Shown here: positions 12,756 to 26,420 of the stretch, in pieces
Position numbering within the stretch: position 1 is the first letter of the stretch
How the letters are laid out: each line of letters starts with the position of its first letter
Position numbers and translations under genes: made by a program
The notes under the pieces: generated by a model
The model's database searches: none
Told to the model about the DNA's origin: nothing
Seen by the model: only the letters and a program-made list of their open reading frames with translations
NCBI GenBank assembly: GCA_030141605.1
Contig: JAQGDQ010001019.1
Location: forward strand, 1 to 64,000
Reading direction: 5' to 3'
From: Tubiluchus corallicola
Taxonomy: Eukaryota; Animalia; Priapulida
Length of the DNA stretch: 64,000 nucleotides

Positions 12756-13140
12756 TTACCATTTGAAATTACAAGTTAAAAAGCTCGCTTAATTGCGTTA
12801 AATATTTATTCAGTAACAGAGTTGTAGGTTTTTGGAATAAACAACCACCATAATGTGAATGATACTCTTGCTGACAATAGAAAATTATTTAAAAAACGGT
12901 TATGTCATGTTGATTTTAGCAAATTTTGACTTTTTAACAGACACTTGTAAGCAGCTATTTTAGTTCTTTGTGTTTTTACCGTAATCTTCTACTTATATTA
13001 TCATCATCACTTTGTTTTAATTTGCACTGTTTTTGTAGTAGTTCTTTATTATTTTATTTCACTTTTTAACTGCCTTGTCACTAATGTATTACACCCTAAA
13101 TATTACGAAATAAATGAACTAAAATAAAATAAATAAACAA
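12756..13140 (+). mobile_element. CR1-clade LINE 3' end remnant
   Basis: ARLNCVKYLFSNRVVGFWNK...FKKRL resembles the CR1 ORF2 C-terminus (FFSNRVVxxWN...FKxRL); followed by a T-rich UTR and an AAAT tail. Confidence 0.65.
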
Positions 13141-13339
13141 ATAGCGTAGATAACATAAATATAATTTCTTAAATGGTTCAAGCGTAAAAGACTGCAAAAG
13201 CCAAATTTTTGCGTTTACTTAAAGATTGATACGGAATAAAGGAAAAGGATACCAATAAAATAACTCGCGTGGCCTATATAATGATTATAGTAAGTAAATT
13301 ACACTTAGTCTACATGAGTAGGTATAGAGTAGGGGTGGT

Positions 13340-13940
13340 GCTTACGAAAACATTTTTCGTAAGTATAGGTTAAAAAATTCGTCTTGAAACTTTGTGTGAT
13401 TTACATGTTGTCTTGTTGCACGCAGGGCTTGCGTTGGTAACGCTGTTTAAAACTTGTAATGACCTTTAGGTGCAACCGTTTTAAACAAGTTTAGATAACA
13501 TTGCAAACGTAAAAACACAATTACTGCTAATTACAAAAATTACTTTATATTGTGAATGAAATCAATAATGTGTTTTTTTGTGAGTCAGTGGTGCACACTG
13601 GGATAGCGATGTAGCACGGTTGGTGCAAATATTTTAAACAACTGAGAATTTTCCTTTTCCAATTACATGAGTCTTTCGAACAGGTAAGCATAATGTTAAG
13701 TAATATAACTTTCGTAGAACGTTTTTTAGGATTTTTTTTTAAATTTCTTTTTCTTCCTCTTTTAATCCCATAATGCAAAGCGAAGTTAAAGGAATAAACA
13801 ACTCACTCAGTCAGTCAGTATGCTGAGTTTATTTTACTGTTATCACTTAAACGTAGAAAAAATGTAACAAGTCTTTAAATTGTTCAAAAAAAATTACCGG
13901 GTACATGAGAAATAAACATTTGATTTTTATCATTTTAATT
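13340..13940 (+). mobile_element. Family A copy joined to a family D left end
   Basis: Same A-spacer-D junction as at 1072-1120. Confidence 0.65.
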
Positions 13941-14699
13941 AGGATGTACTTTAACGTTCTTGGGATGTAATGTTCTTGGGATGTACTTTAATGGTCTTTG
14001 GTATGTACTTTAAAAACTCCATTTGTTCCCTTTTTATGCATTAATTTATTTCGAAGTTAAAAACGTGTGAAATTCGGTTTTTTTTTCATTTGAACATGAA
14101 CATGAACATAAACGTAAACGCAAACATAAACATAAACTTTAGCCAACATGTAACGTACTAACAAACATTTTTATCTCCCAATTTGTTTCAACAAACTGCA
14201 TATCATAACTTTTATAGCAATAACCATAAATCTTGACAAAAGTCTACCGTGAGAAAATACTTGATTTCGCCTAAACCGCAACCCGCAGATGGCCATCAAG
14301 AGGACTCAAGGTATTATGAGACCTGAATTACGCAAATATCCCATAAATCCGTGCGTGTTTTTGCGCCGTTTTTGCAATGGTCTTTGTTGACAAAATTGTG
14401 CTAAGATTTTTACGCCAAGCTATGGCCACTCGTGAGAAAAAGTCACGGCCATTACGAGGCAACAGGCATTGACGTTTTCGGGAGTAAGTGGCTTTTTTTC
14501 AGGGAAGTCATTTCGGCTAGCCACGTCCGGAAAGCTGTCAAATAAAGCTTAAAATACTGCTACACTTCAGGTAACAATTGACCCCATACTGCAGGTCACA
14601 ACTTACGACTTTTTTATAAGTTATTTCGATAATGCTGTTGCATTAATGAGAAGTCTATTGGACTAGGCTCAAGCAAGGGTGGGTAAACCAAAGAGACAT

Positions 14700-15188
14700 T
14701 AGTTTAAACATAATTTATTATAGAATTGGATTAGACAGTTTGAACAACATGATTTAGGATCCCCACCACAACAGTCTATTCACACTATTTACAAAGAACA
14801 TTTACAGTAAGAATAGACTATAACTACACAAGCTGACAAGTTTTACTACAAGATTACATTAGACATCAGTAGAAAATGACGGTTAGAAAATATTAATGTA
14901 CGAATATTTAATACTGATGCATTTCATATCAGATAGAAACTACTGGAAGCGTTTAGTACGTAATACAAAGTCATGTATGCATTGAAATTTTATACAGTTA
15001 GCAACATAGTTAAATTCATCTTTTCCGAACAATAACAACTTCAACAGATCATTAGTTCCTAAGGCAGCTATATTAAGGTTTTCAAGCAGCAGTATTTCAT
15101 TTAATTTATCAAACACAACAACTCTAGTTTGTTGATACAATGGGCAGTGCAACAAAAAGTGTTCAACAGGCTCAAATCGTAAGGCCAA
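14700..15188 (-). mobile_element. LINE 3' end (CR1-group-like) with C-terminal zinc-knuckle motif and 3' UTR
   Basis: EPVEHFLLHCPLY...LLKLLLFG...FVLRTKRFQ*; a closely similar + strand copy lies at about 48071-48483. Confidence 0.8.
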
Positions 15189-15230
15189 AGAGACGTTAAA
15201 CTTTTTTCACTCTCGGAATCTGTTTTATCA

Positions 15231-15676
15231 TTAAAGGCCTGTACAACCCTAACAGATATTGAAATTTTTTAATGCATTATTATGATTACACAAATAATTT
15301 ATAGTTATTATTAAACAAAAGATGCTTGTAAATTAAATAATTTACCTTTTTCTGGTGAATTTCGTTCTGGTGCATTGCCGTGAACATCGCCATGTTTCAC
15401 GTCTTTGGCGAGAGTGAGCAAGAACAACGTACGTGGTACGGAAAGCGTCCTTGGTTACTGCTGTTTGTTTAGTGACCTCGTGTTAGTGTTACCTCGTGAC
15501 TATACTCATTACGTCATTCATCTCACACAATGAAAAATGGCGATTCTTCAAAATCAAAAGATTTTACAGTAAGTTTATAATAAAATAGATTGAATATTCA
15601 TAAGGTATTCATAAGACCGTAGGATTTTAAGTTGTAAAAGTTTATATTACAGTGAGGGTTTTTAGTTTGACTTTAA
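15231..15676. mobile_element. Putative further TTAA-flanked MITE
   Basis: TTAAAGGCCTGTACAACCCTAACAG versus the reverse complement of the right end, TTAAAGTCAAACTAAAAACCCTCACTG; imperfect TIRs; single copy in this window. Confidence 0.35.
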
Positions 15677-16414
15677 ATTTAATTAAACAGCATAATTAAC
15701 GTTATTATGCCCCGGTAATTACTTACTGTCTGACTAAAAGCCCGTGGGACCTGTTTTTGTACGACATAAGGCACAGGACAGAGGAGTAACTGATTATTCC
15801 TGTTTGATAGAGATCATATTCAATGCACATTACTTGTTTTTATGCTAATCTGGCCTAAGATGTAGTAATGAGTATCAGAAAAGAGAGCGTAGCCGTCACA
15901 TTTTTAACACCTATTGATGCAATCACTAAAAAGTACGTCAGAGATGAAAGATGAACCCCAATTTTGGACTCCTCTAGTGCACTTTCCTATCAGTCAGTAA
16001 TATATATTTCTCATCTAGGAGCAATGGTTTAGGAGATGTACTTGATTTTACGCCTCGGTAGGCGCCATCTTGGATTTATGCGCATATCTCAAAAGTGCCA
16101 AAGTCAAATTTGGCCGTTTTTTGTTGAGGGCACCTGAGACCATGTTCTAACAGAACCTGAAGAAAAAGGTTCTTTCCAATTTGCTCTGGGTTGCTTGCTA
16201 CCTTTACCCGTCTAACAAGTTCAAGGCCTTCACGTATAGGCCTAATCCAAACAAAGTCTTATGGTGTTTTTGTTGTATTGTGCTGAATAGGCGGATATTT
16301 TAATTTAAATCTTTAGCCAAAAATTAGGCCTACGATTAATGCCGTAGATTTACTGCTGTTGATGTCACACTTAATTAAATATTGATACGGAAGAAAGGAA
16401 ATGCGAAAAGTTGT

Positions 16415-16487
16415 GTAGTAGTCTGGAATTGAACCGGGGACTTCGTGTTTACAAGACCGATGCCATAAACTACTAGGTCATCGAATT
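16415..16487 (-). pseudogene. Degenerate tRNA-Thr(TGT)-like sequence
   Basis: The minus strand has a GGTCTTGTAAAC anticodon arm and B-box GGTTCAATTCC; the acceptor stem does not pair well. Confidence 0.55.
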
Positions 16488-16555
16488 TTCTAGTGATTGT
16501 GGCAGTCTTACACAGCTCTCACGTGATGGCGTTTAGACTGAGATATTCACCGGAA

Positions 16556-16628
16556 AGCACAGCTGCGTAGTGGTTATCCCGTTGGCTTTATAAGCTGAAG
16601 GTCCATGGTTCAAATCCACCCTGTGTCA
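16556..16628 (+). pseudogene. Degenerate tRNA-like sequence, anticodon TAT (Ile-like)
   Basis: Acceptor GCACAG/CTGTGT, A-box-like GCGTAGTGG, anticodon arm TTGGC-TTTATAA-GCTGA, B-box GGTTCAAATCC. Confidence 0.55.
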
Positions 16629-16759
16629 GAACTTTTCACATTTCTTAGTTTTCAAGTTCGGTATGAAAATGTGATTAATTTTTCATCAATTTAGTTAATT
16701 GTATCCTCTTGCTGACCTTATTGTACGTGACTGTCTCAATAATGATAGCAGTGACGTTA

Positions 16760-16898
16760 GTAACGATGATTATGATGATGATAAATAAAAACAAGATGAT
16801 GATAACGGTGACGACAATCGTCGGAATCATGCATGCTAATTAAAATAATAATGATACTAATTGTGATGGTGATGATGATGATGGTGATGAGATGCTGG

Positions 16899-16929
<31 letters not shown>

Positions 16930-17109
16930 GATGAAGATGATGATGAAGATGATGACGAAGAAGAAGAAGAAGAAGAAGAAGAAGAAGATGATGATGATGA
17001 TGATGATGAAGATGATGAAGATGATGATGGCGATGATGATGATGATGACGATGACGATGACGACGACGACGATGATGATCATGATGATGATGAAGAAGAA
17101 GAAGAAGAA

Positions 17110-17155
<46 letters not shown>

Positions 17156-17235
17156 GTGATGATGACGCAAAAGGAAATGATAAAAACATAAAATGATCAT
17201 ACAATGACAGTGGCAATGACGATGATGACGACGAC
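16760..17235. repeat. (GAT/GAA/GAC/GGT)n compound trinucleotide repeat
   Basis: Direct reading. Confidence 0.95.
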
Positions 17236-17919
17236 TTCGGAAAGGTCGGCGCGACGACATATTCTATGAAAATGATGACAAAACAAAGGCTAGCATTCAA
17301 AACGTTACACTCGCTTCCATACAAAGCGCTGTTTGCTACACCACAAGATCTGGAACCGCCCTCTGGTTATTGAATATTGGCAGAAATTTGCATGTTAAGC
17401 ATTCTCGCGAAATATTTTTATATTAGGACGAACGCTCTCGGGTCACCTACCGCAAAGACCGCCCACGTGGTTGGCTATCGATCATCAACACTCGATAGTG
17501 ACGTCACAGAAAATTGTAAACATTAAATCTCAGATTGTTTCTTTCTCCGTTTGCCTTCCCTACTTTTTCCATTTATATTCATGTTTTACTTTGAAATGTT
17601 TTTTCGTTCTTCTTCTTCTTCTTCTTCTTCTTCTTCTTCTTCTTCTTCTTCTTCAGGCTTTAAGTCCCCATTTTTGCACTTTACTGTTCACGAAGCTTTC
17701 AAATGTTTTTGTTCACTGTTAACTGTAACACGTAAAACGTAGTAATTTCGTAGTTACTGACAAATTGCTGACATTGTATTATGTAGTATATATTAATGTT
17801 ATCTATTACGCGTCATGCAATAATAGTGAAAAGGCAGAAAGCATACAATATTTTACATCTGGTGCATCCAAATTAATACTGTAAATTTTGTTTGTAGATA
17901 GATAAAGTGATTTGCAGCG

Positions 17920-18159
17920 TCTTTCTCTATCTCGCTAACTCATCCCCGTTTCTTTCCCTTCCTCTTTTCTCTCTCTCTCTCTCTTTCTCTGTCTTTCCCT
18001 TTCGCTATCTCATCTTCTTCTCTCTCTCTCCTCTCCTCTCTCACTCATCTCAACCCTTTCTGTTTCTCTCCCTCTTTCTTTCTCTCTCTCTTTCTTTCTT
18101 TCTCTCTCTCTCTCTCTCTCTCTCTCGCTCTCTCTCTCTGTTCTCTTTTTTTATCTCTG

Positions 18160-18238
<79 letters not shown>

Positions 18239-18481
18239 ATTCTTTCTCTCTCTTTCTCTCTCCTTCTCTTTATATCCGTCCCCCTATCTGTTATGTGACT
18301 TTTATAAATAACTCAGAAACTCTTGAAAACTTACAGCTTTCATATTGGCCTTATTTTCTAATTACGCGCAATATATCTGTTTACTCTCCTCCTACCTGAG
18401 AAACTTTTAAAACTTGAATCTTCTCACGTAGCTGCGGTGTTGGCTCTGTAAGGTGTTTATACTTAAAGCATAATTAGTCGT
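17920..18481. repeat. (CT)n-rich tract plus ~215-bp unique tail, duplicated at 19205-19888
   Basis: The tail tttatatccg...aagcataattagtcgt occurs at 18268-18481 and at 19672-19888. Confidence 0.85.
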
Positions 18482-18599
18482 TTTTGACTTTTTTAATTTC
18501 TTTGTTTTTGTCTGATTTTTCCATCTCAAATTTTTTGCTTCGAGTTTCATCAAGTCCAACCAGGGTCTGGGTTAAACGCCCGCTCGAACGCATTTTTGC

Positions 18600-18800
18600 A
18601 CATCTTGCAAAGCATGCAATTAATTTATTAGTTAAAAACGCTGGTCCCAGCAGCGCTCCCTGTGGTACACCTTATGCATCTTATAATAGTTCAGCCCATT
18701 CATTACGTACATTTTCCGCATGGTTATCTGGCACATTGTCCATTAGTTTGTTCATGCATTCTTTCAAGGACGTCCAAGGTTTACCCTTTCCTAATTTGTT
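18600..18800 (-). mobile_element. Degenerate LINE reverse-transcriptase fragment
   Basis: Minus-strand GVPQGALLGPAFL resembles the GVPQGSxLGPxLF RT motif; in-frame stops nearby. Confidence 0.45.
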
Positions 18801-19204
18801 TGCACAATTCGACCCGCAAAAGCGTTTTGTTGACACTAAAAACAAATCAGAATGGCCGCGAAACGAGTTAGATGTGTGGCCGAAAAGAACTCCTGGTGTT
18901 CTTTTTTAAGCGCAGCATGCTCGTTGCGAAAGAATTGAAAAAATGCGCCAGGTCTGTGCAGTGGAGATTTAGAAAAAATCTGCTAACATTTTGCAACGAA
19001 CAGTACACAATTATTACTGTCAGCTATAATCTTCTCAGTAAATCATAATTGTCGAATCTAGACACCAGATGGCGATATTAATTTCAATACCATACAGTCA
19101 TTTAAAAACAATTAATGCCAAAGAGCTATAAATTTTGCTTTATATAATTATACCAGGCTTCCCAATATTTTTAAAAAGTGAGCGTTTAAATTAATAGATT
19201 GGCC

Positions 19205-19888
<684 letters not shown>

Positions 19889-20421
19889 ATTCTCGAGATA
19901 TTCAGCAACATAACTCCTTGCTTTTCCACACAATTAACCAGCTAGGAAAAACTCTTCATTTCAAAGCCCCATTGTGTTCGCCTCTTTCTTTGCAAAAATT
20001 CCACCTCTTGGCGCGGTTATAACCGCAGAAGAATGGGTTGCTTCACACAAGGTGCTTTTGTCATGCCCTCTTGCTGTAGAATGTTGTAATACCAAACTGC
20101 ATATGCCTGTAGATACTGTATCATACAAACTAACCTTCTATATAAGTAAGACGTATAATCTATCTTATAAGAACATAGAATATGCAGACATAACTTAGTT
20201 TAAAGGAAGATATTTCAGAATTGGCTAATGTATCGAGACAGCATAAAGCCGATTACGGAAAACTACTTACGGAGCCCCCAGCTGGTAATTATGCAATGTA
20301 AAAACAATGGTTAGTAGAATAATATTAAAATGAAGTTAATAATTTATAACATTTTTAAACTATCTGACATAATGTAATTATCACAGAACTAAAATGTGAT
20401 TGAAAAATTTCTAGATTTTAT

Positions 20422-20900
20422 TTAAAGGAAGCCAAGATGATTTTACATATACCACCCCATTTTCAAGTCTGATAAAAAGTATACATTTTAACACGATTAA
20501 TACTGGAAAAGCGTTTCTGATAATTGAATAATAGATTAAAAACTTAATTAATGGCAGGCGAGCCCAACTATTAATGACATCACAAACTAACATGATTTTC
20601 AACAGCAGAAATATTCCACGAGCATGTTGCACGTGTCTGCGAAAGGGAAAATTGAAGTACAGTGCTACTGTAAGATATTCAGTGTGTTGTACTAAAGCTA
20701 GGTATGTTTTAAGATAAAAATTCAAATTTCTAATTTCAAATGGTGCTCACGCATGAGCTGTCGAACTTGTGCAGTTCGTCATAAACTAACACATCTGAAC
20801 TGAGAGGTACAGCACCTGTTTTTTGAGCAATGGATTTCCGAAATGCAGGTGCTAATGCTAGTCTAACTAGCGAATGGCGAAATGCATTTAACAGCGAACG
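20422..20900 (+). mobile_element. Family B, copy 4
   Basis: TTAA|AGGAAGCCAAGATGATTTT left end; the body matches the other B copies. Confidence 0.8.
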
Positions 20901-21107
20901 TGAAATTATGATGGCGACGACGATGATGATGATGATGATTTGGGAAGGAAAATAAAAGTCATCATTATCCTCTCCTTGTCTCGAATGCTTTTATGGTAGA
21001 TTTACCCACTTATGTGGAATGCACTTTATAATGTGTGAAAATCTCATGTGTAAATGTAATAGTTTTAAATCATTGAATAAATAAATAAATTGTAAAATAC
21101 TAGCAAA

Positions 21108-21368
21108 ATGATGATGATGATGATGATGATGCTGATGATGATGATAGTGACAATGACAACGACGATTATGATGATGATGATGATGATGACGATGATGATG
21201 AAGATGAAGATGATGACGATGACGATGACGACGACGACGACGACTATGATTATGATGATGATTGACAATGATGATGATGATAATGATGAAGATAGTGACA
21301 ATGACGACAACGACGATGATTATGATGATGATTGACAATGATAATGATGACGATGATGCTGATGACGC

Positions 21369-21401
<33 letters not shown>

Positions 21402-21425
21402 CGATGATGATGATGATGATGACAA
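21108..21425. repeat. (GAT/GAC)n trinucleotide repeat
   Basis: Direct reading. Confidence 0.95.
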
Positions 21426-23543
21426 CAATTGTTGTTCGTTTCCCAGGCTCAAGTAACAAATTAAACCCCACTTTCTGAACGAAGCCCTGCATTTAATAAG
21501 AAAACGTACATGGCTGAATTCTATATTAAAACTCGGCAGCTCGGAAAAGGTTAATTCAGTCGGCTAGGCAAAGCAATTATCTCAACCAAATGAGATTTTT
21601 AAGCAGGCAAAGCAGTTTTATGCAAAACGAACGGCAAATAGAATGTCACGTTTATGACCACCCCGGAGGGTTAACGAGAGTGGGTCACGACCCTGGGGGG
21701 TTTTCACGGAACGGGTCGCGTCCCTCGCGACTAATTTGCGTATTTTCCTTGTGGTAATAACTTTTGCCTTATTGAGCGAAACTTGAATAATTTATGCATT
21801 AGGGCTATATATTTGTCACAAGAGTTTAATAAATTTCGATGTCGTTATTTAGAATTTTGAAAATTAGTTCACTGTTGGAAGAGTGTGACGTCAAGGATGC
21901 ACAATCAGGCAACGGTAACGGCAGCCGTAAGGCGTGTGAACCAGCAATTACGAAATATGAAATTGACGTCATATTTACTAAAAAAAACACGAAATATCAA
22001 TTATCGAGCGGTAATTCGTCAATGGAAGAGAAAAAAACGATTTCCATTTACACAAATTCAACTTTATATAGCCTTAGACTTACTTAACGAGTGGATGGGT
22101 GACCTCCAGGAAACCGGCTTCTGCCTTGTAACGTTTTATGAATTTCATCAACTATTTTGCTCCCATCTATTCACCATTTTGATGTAGGATGTTGCCAGTT
22201 TTGCCAGACGGTGGCGCCGCCATTGTCTCCAAGAGATGTTCACACGTGCATAAACACCCCTGTAGTACCTGGTCTGGATCCACCCTACCCACGTGACCTT
22301 TGATTTACTTAAAAAATTAGAATGAGCATGTGAAATGGAAGCTAAATATATGTATTGATAATTAGATTGTAATTTTCTATAATAAGAAAAGAAAATGTCA
22401 TCAGACCAGGTGTAAAAATAGTTGCGCAGGAAACCTCGTTTTTAACTGTTATGCGCAATGGCAATAAGCCACGTGACTTCTATGAAATTCCATAGAATAC
22501 CTAGTTAAGATACGTCAACATATAGAATATGTAGAATATATAGTTAAACTATATATGAATATTAAGCTGCATAGACGATATATGGCCCATTTCTTTATAT
22601 ATAAACAAAAATTATTGTACTGTTCGAATGTTTACTTGCGCCGTGAGATGGTTTTGTGTCTATGTTAATATACGTGTGTATATTACCTCTATGATATGTT
22701 TATTTTATATAAGATTGTACTTGTAAAAGTCTACTTTAGTTTTTTTAGATAGGAGTGTTTTGTTGTAGCTATTATAATTTTTTCTGTCTTGTGTTTTTAT
22801 GCCCCCTCCCCTCCCCGCTGCACTCGTAGTTCTAACTTTTGGCACCAGGCGCTTTTGCCTATTAGCAGTGTAGCCCAGGCAATCACTGAATAACATTTCA
22901 CATTGTATAATGTATACTATCATTATTTTATGGCAAGTAAAGATGTATTTCTATTTTAAACTAACCCAAATATGTTTCTATTTTACATTATTCATAATAA
23001 TATATATTTATATAGCAAATTTTGAACTAACTTATATATATGTATATATATTTGTTACATATACAGATGTTAGTTCAAAATTTCAGTCTAAATTAAAATT
23101 CGAAAACGTCCCTTAAAGAAATTTTATGGCAGTGATTGGTAATTGGGGTCTTGGGTGTTTTCGTTATAGTTTTTGGCCTGTTTGGTGTATGGTCGCGGGT
23201 TCAATTCCCAACAATGGTTTTTCAATGATTCCATTTTTTGGAGCAATGACAATGCTTATTTAATTGTACATTTTTAAGCCATTATGTCCAAAAAATTTAA
23301 ATTTTCACAGTTTTATTTAATTCGGTTTTTTGCAAATGTGAACTCTATGTGAACACATGGCCATTAGTGCTTTTAACCTCTTTAACTGGACAGAGTGATT
23401 TATCACCTGAGTGGACAATGTCCGAGTTTAAAGCTGTCACTTGAAGTGATGCATGCATTCTGCGTACACGCATGACGAAAAACCAATAATTTTGTGCAGG
23501 TGACATGATGATTTATTATAATAAGAGTAATTTATTCAAGAGA

Positions 23544-23544
<1 letters not shown>

Positions 23545-23592
<48 letters not shown>

Positions 23593-23708
23593 GCTCGCTC
23601 TCTCCCTCCTTCTCTCTCCCTCCTTCTCACTCTCTCTCTCTCTCCCTCTCTCTTCTTTCTCTCTCTTCCGTCTCCCTCTTTCTCGCCCTCCCCCTTTCTG
23701 TCTGTTCC

Positions 23709-23765
<57 letters not shown>

Positions 23766-23868
23766 TCTCTCTCTTTCCTCTCTGTTCTGTCTCTCGTTCT
23801 CTCCCTCCCTCCCTCCCTCTCTGTCTGTCTGTCTCTCCTCTCTCTTTTCTCTCTTTTCTCTCTCTCTC

Positions 23869-23903
<35 letters not shown>

Positions 23904-23957
23904 GTTCTGTCTCTTTCTCTCCCTTTCTCTCTGTCTGTCTCGCCTCTCTCTTTTCTC

Positions 23958-24007
<50 letters not shown>

Positions 24008-24009
24008 CC

Positions 24010-24051
<42 letters not shown>

Positions 24052-24056
24052 TCTCT
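23545..24056. repeat. (CT)n-rich polypyrimidine tract
   Basis: Direct reading. Confidence 0.95.
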
Positions 24057-24732
24057 GAACTGAACTGTATTTGTGGTATATATGTAAACAATATAAAGTA
24101 AACTATGTTTAAATTAAACTCAATTGTATATCTCTGACTTCCTGTACCTTTAAACCGATAATAGCTATTTCTAGTGCATTACTCTGACTAGTATTTAAAT
24201 GGATTATAAAAACGCCAGCATGCATACAAACCCCTGTGAGTTTACCATAATAACATTATGTACAACTTAAAGCTACGTAGTTCAACCGTTTCTAATCCAA
24301 CTTTCTAATCACTTTCTCTAGAATTTCGTCTTGCCCGGTGGCTAAACAACAACAGGCTAATGTGAATGAATGCGGAGGGGGTGTGCCTTCTCTCAAGCAC
24401 AGACAACCAGTTCATGTTTGTGAAACACCTCTTTTACACGGACACCTTAGACAGAAGATATATAGGTCATTCCAAGCTAGGTCACTGGGCCATCGCTCTA
24501 CATACATCGCTCGTCCGTATACGACAGCATACTGTAGCCATTGTTACTTTCGTTTCGGTTTCGCTTTTGCCAATTTCGCAGGTGTAAAAGTGAAAATTCG
24601 CATCGAAATACCTGCGTAGGAAATCTTTGAAAAGAGATGGTTTGTTGCAAAAAGATAAAAAGAAGCGTGCAGTATTAATTAGAAAAAATGTCCGGTTATG
24701 CATCGTAGTAATTGTAGTAGGAAAGATGGCAG

Positions 24733-24913
24733 GAGAGAGAAGAGAGAGAGAGAGAAAGAGGAGAGAGAGAGAGAGAAAGAGATAGAGAGAGAGAGAGAGA
24801 GATAGAGAGAGAGAAAGAGAGAGAGAGAGAGAAATAGAGAGAGTAAGAGAAAGAGAGAAAGAAACAAGAGAGAGAGGGGGGAAAGAAAGAGAAAGGGAAA
24901 GAGAGAAAGAGAG

Positions 24914-24959
<46 letters not shown>

Positions 24960-24975
24960 AGAGAGAGAGAGAGAA
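24733..24975. repeat. (GA)n-rich tract
   Basis: Direct reading; another (GA)n tract lies at 25525-25665. Confidence 0.95.
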
Positions 24976-25538
24976 GCATGCGAGAAAACAAAAAAAAACA
25001 GAAGCAGAAACTCTAATTAAGTTAATGACTGGCAAATGTCAAAAACAGTGTAAAATAAAGCACAATTCTAAGAAACTGCTTTTGCTGTAGATATTTGCAA
25101 CTTCATTGCTTCTCTCTGGAAAATTATCATCGACATATATCTAGATTTCGGTCCCGCTGCAAGACCTTCAAGATCATCATTAGCAGCAGGTTAGAGCGCT
25201 GAGTGCAGGAGTGTCACGTCTACCACAGTGAGCCTTTGCATTGTAAACAAATAGGGCATTCAAGATGTGATGACAAAAAATTCTAAATATATCACATGAA
25301 AGTATAAAAAACAATCATCATAACTAGAGTCATAAAAGGAAAGTGCGTGTTAATAAACGCTTGAGTTTCCATACCTTCCAACAAGCTGTTAAATTTAACT
25401 TATGACTTTGGTGCTGTAGTAAACATGTAATATCCTATAGCATTGCTTATAAAATGTATTACACTATAAAATAATTAGCAATATATGTTAGAAGCTATTT
25501 TAATTGTACCATAAATAAACTTTACAGAGAGCGAGAGC

Positions 25539-25583
<45 letters not shown>

Positions 25584-25597
25584 AAGAGAGAGACACG

Positions 25598-25668
<71 letters not shown>

Positions 25669-25970
25669 GCAACAAAACTTTGAAGTTTTTTCCAATGATA
25701 ATTATCAATGCGCTTGAGGCACTAGATGTAGACGCGCATGAACAATTGGAGCACGTTTACGGAAAATTAACCTGCGCAGAAATGGGACGACCTTGACAGT
25801 CTAAAACAAGAGAACGTTACTAACTGGATTAAAGCCGGTTCTACTTGACCTGAACATTGTGCGCATGTATGAAATTGTAGAACAATCGTCAAGGATAATC
25901 ATACTGATGACGCACCAAAGTCTTCCAAGAATCCGTTGTTTAGGTAGTTGTATACGTCATTAGGTCAATG

Positions 25971-26420
25971 TTAAAGGAAAAGGAGACCCAATTTTCAAGC
26001 TCAAAACAATCTATCCTATAAAATATGACCGTACGATTTTTTCAAGAATCACTTGAAATATGCTGAAGAGTTATTTTACTACAGAAATGGAATTTCGGAT
26101 TCGCGCGGTTAGTTCTTCGCCGTTACATGCATTTCGCCACTCACTATTTAGACGGGCACCAGTGCCTGCATCTCGGAAAAGCATAGCACAAAAAGAAGGT
26201 GCTGTACCTGTCAGCTCAGATGTGTTAGTTTGTGACGAACTGCACACGTTCGACAGCTCATGCGTGAGCACAACGGTAAATGTGCGTCTCAGTTGAAAGG
26301 TGTTAGGTTGCGACGTAGTGCACACGAGCTCGAGAGCTCGTAGGCCAGCTCAGCAGTAAAGTTAAATTTGAATCTTAAACTTAAAATTTCCCAAACTTTT
26401 GTATCTCTAACTGGGTATTG
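25971..26420 (-). mobile_element. Family B, reverse copy, probably including the distal terminus
   Basis: 26130-26282 is the reverse complement of the B 3' part; TTAA|AGGAAAAGGAGACCC at 25971 is the likely other end. Confidence 0.6.

Noticed and set aside
16415-16628. Functional tRNA genes
   Set aside because: Stems are mismatched or bulged; these were called tRNA-derived instead.
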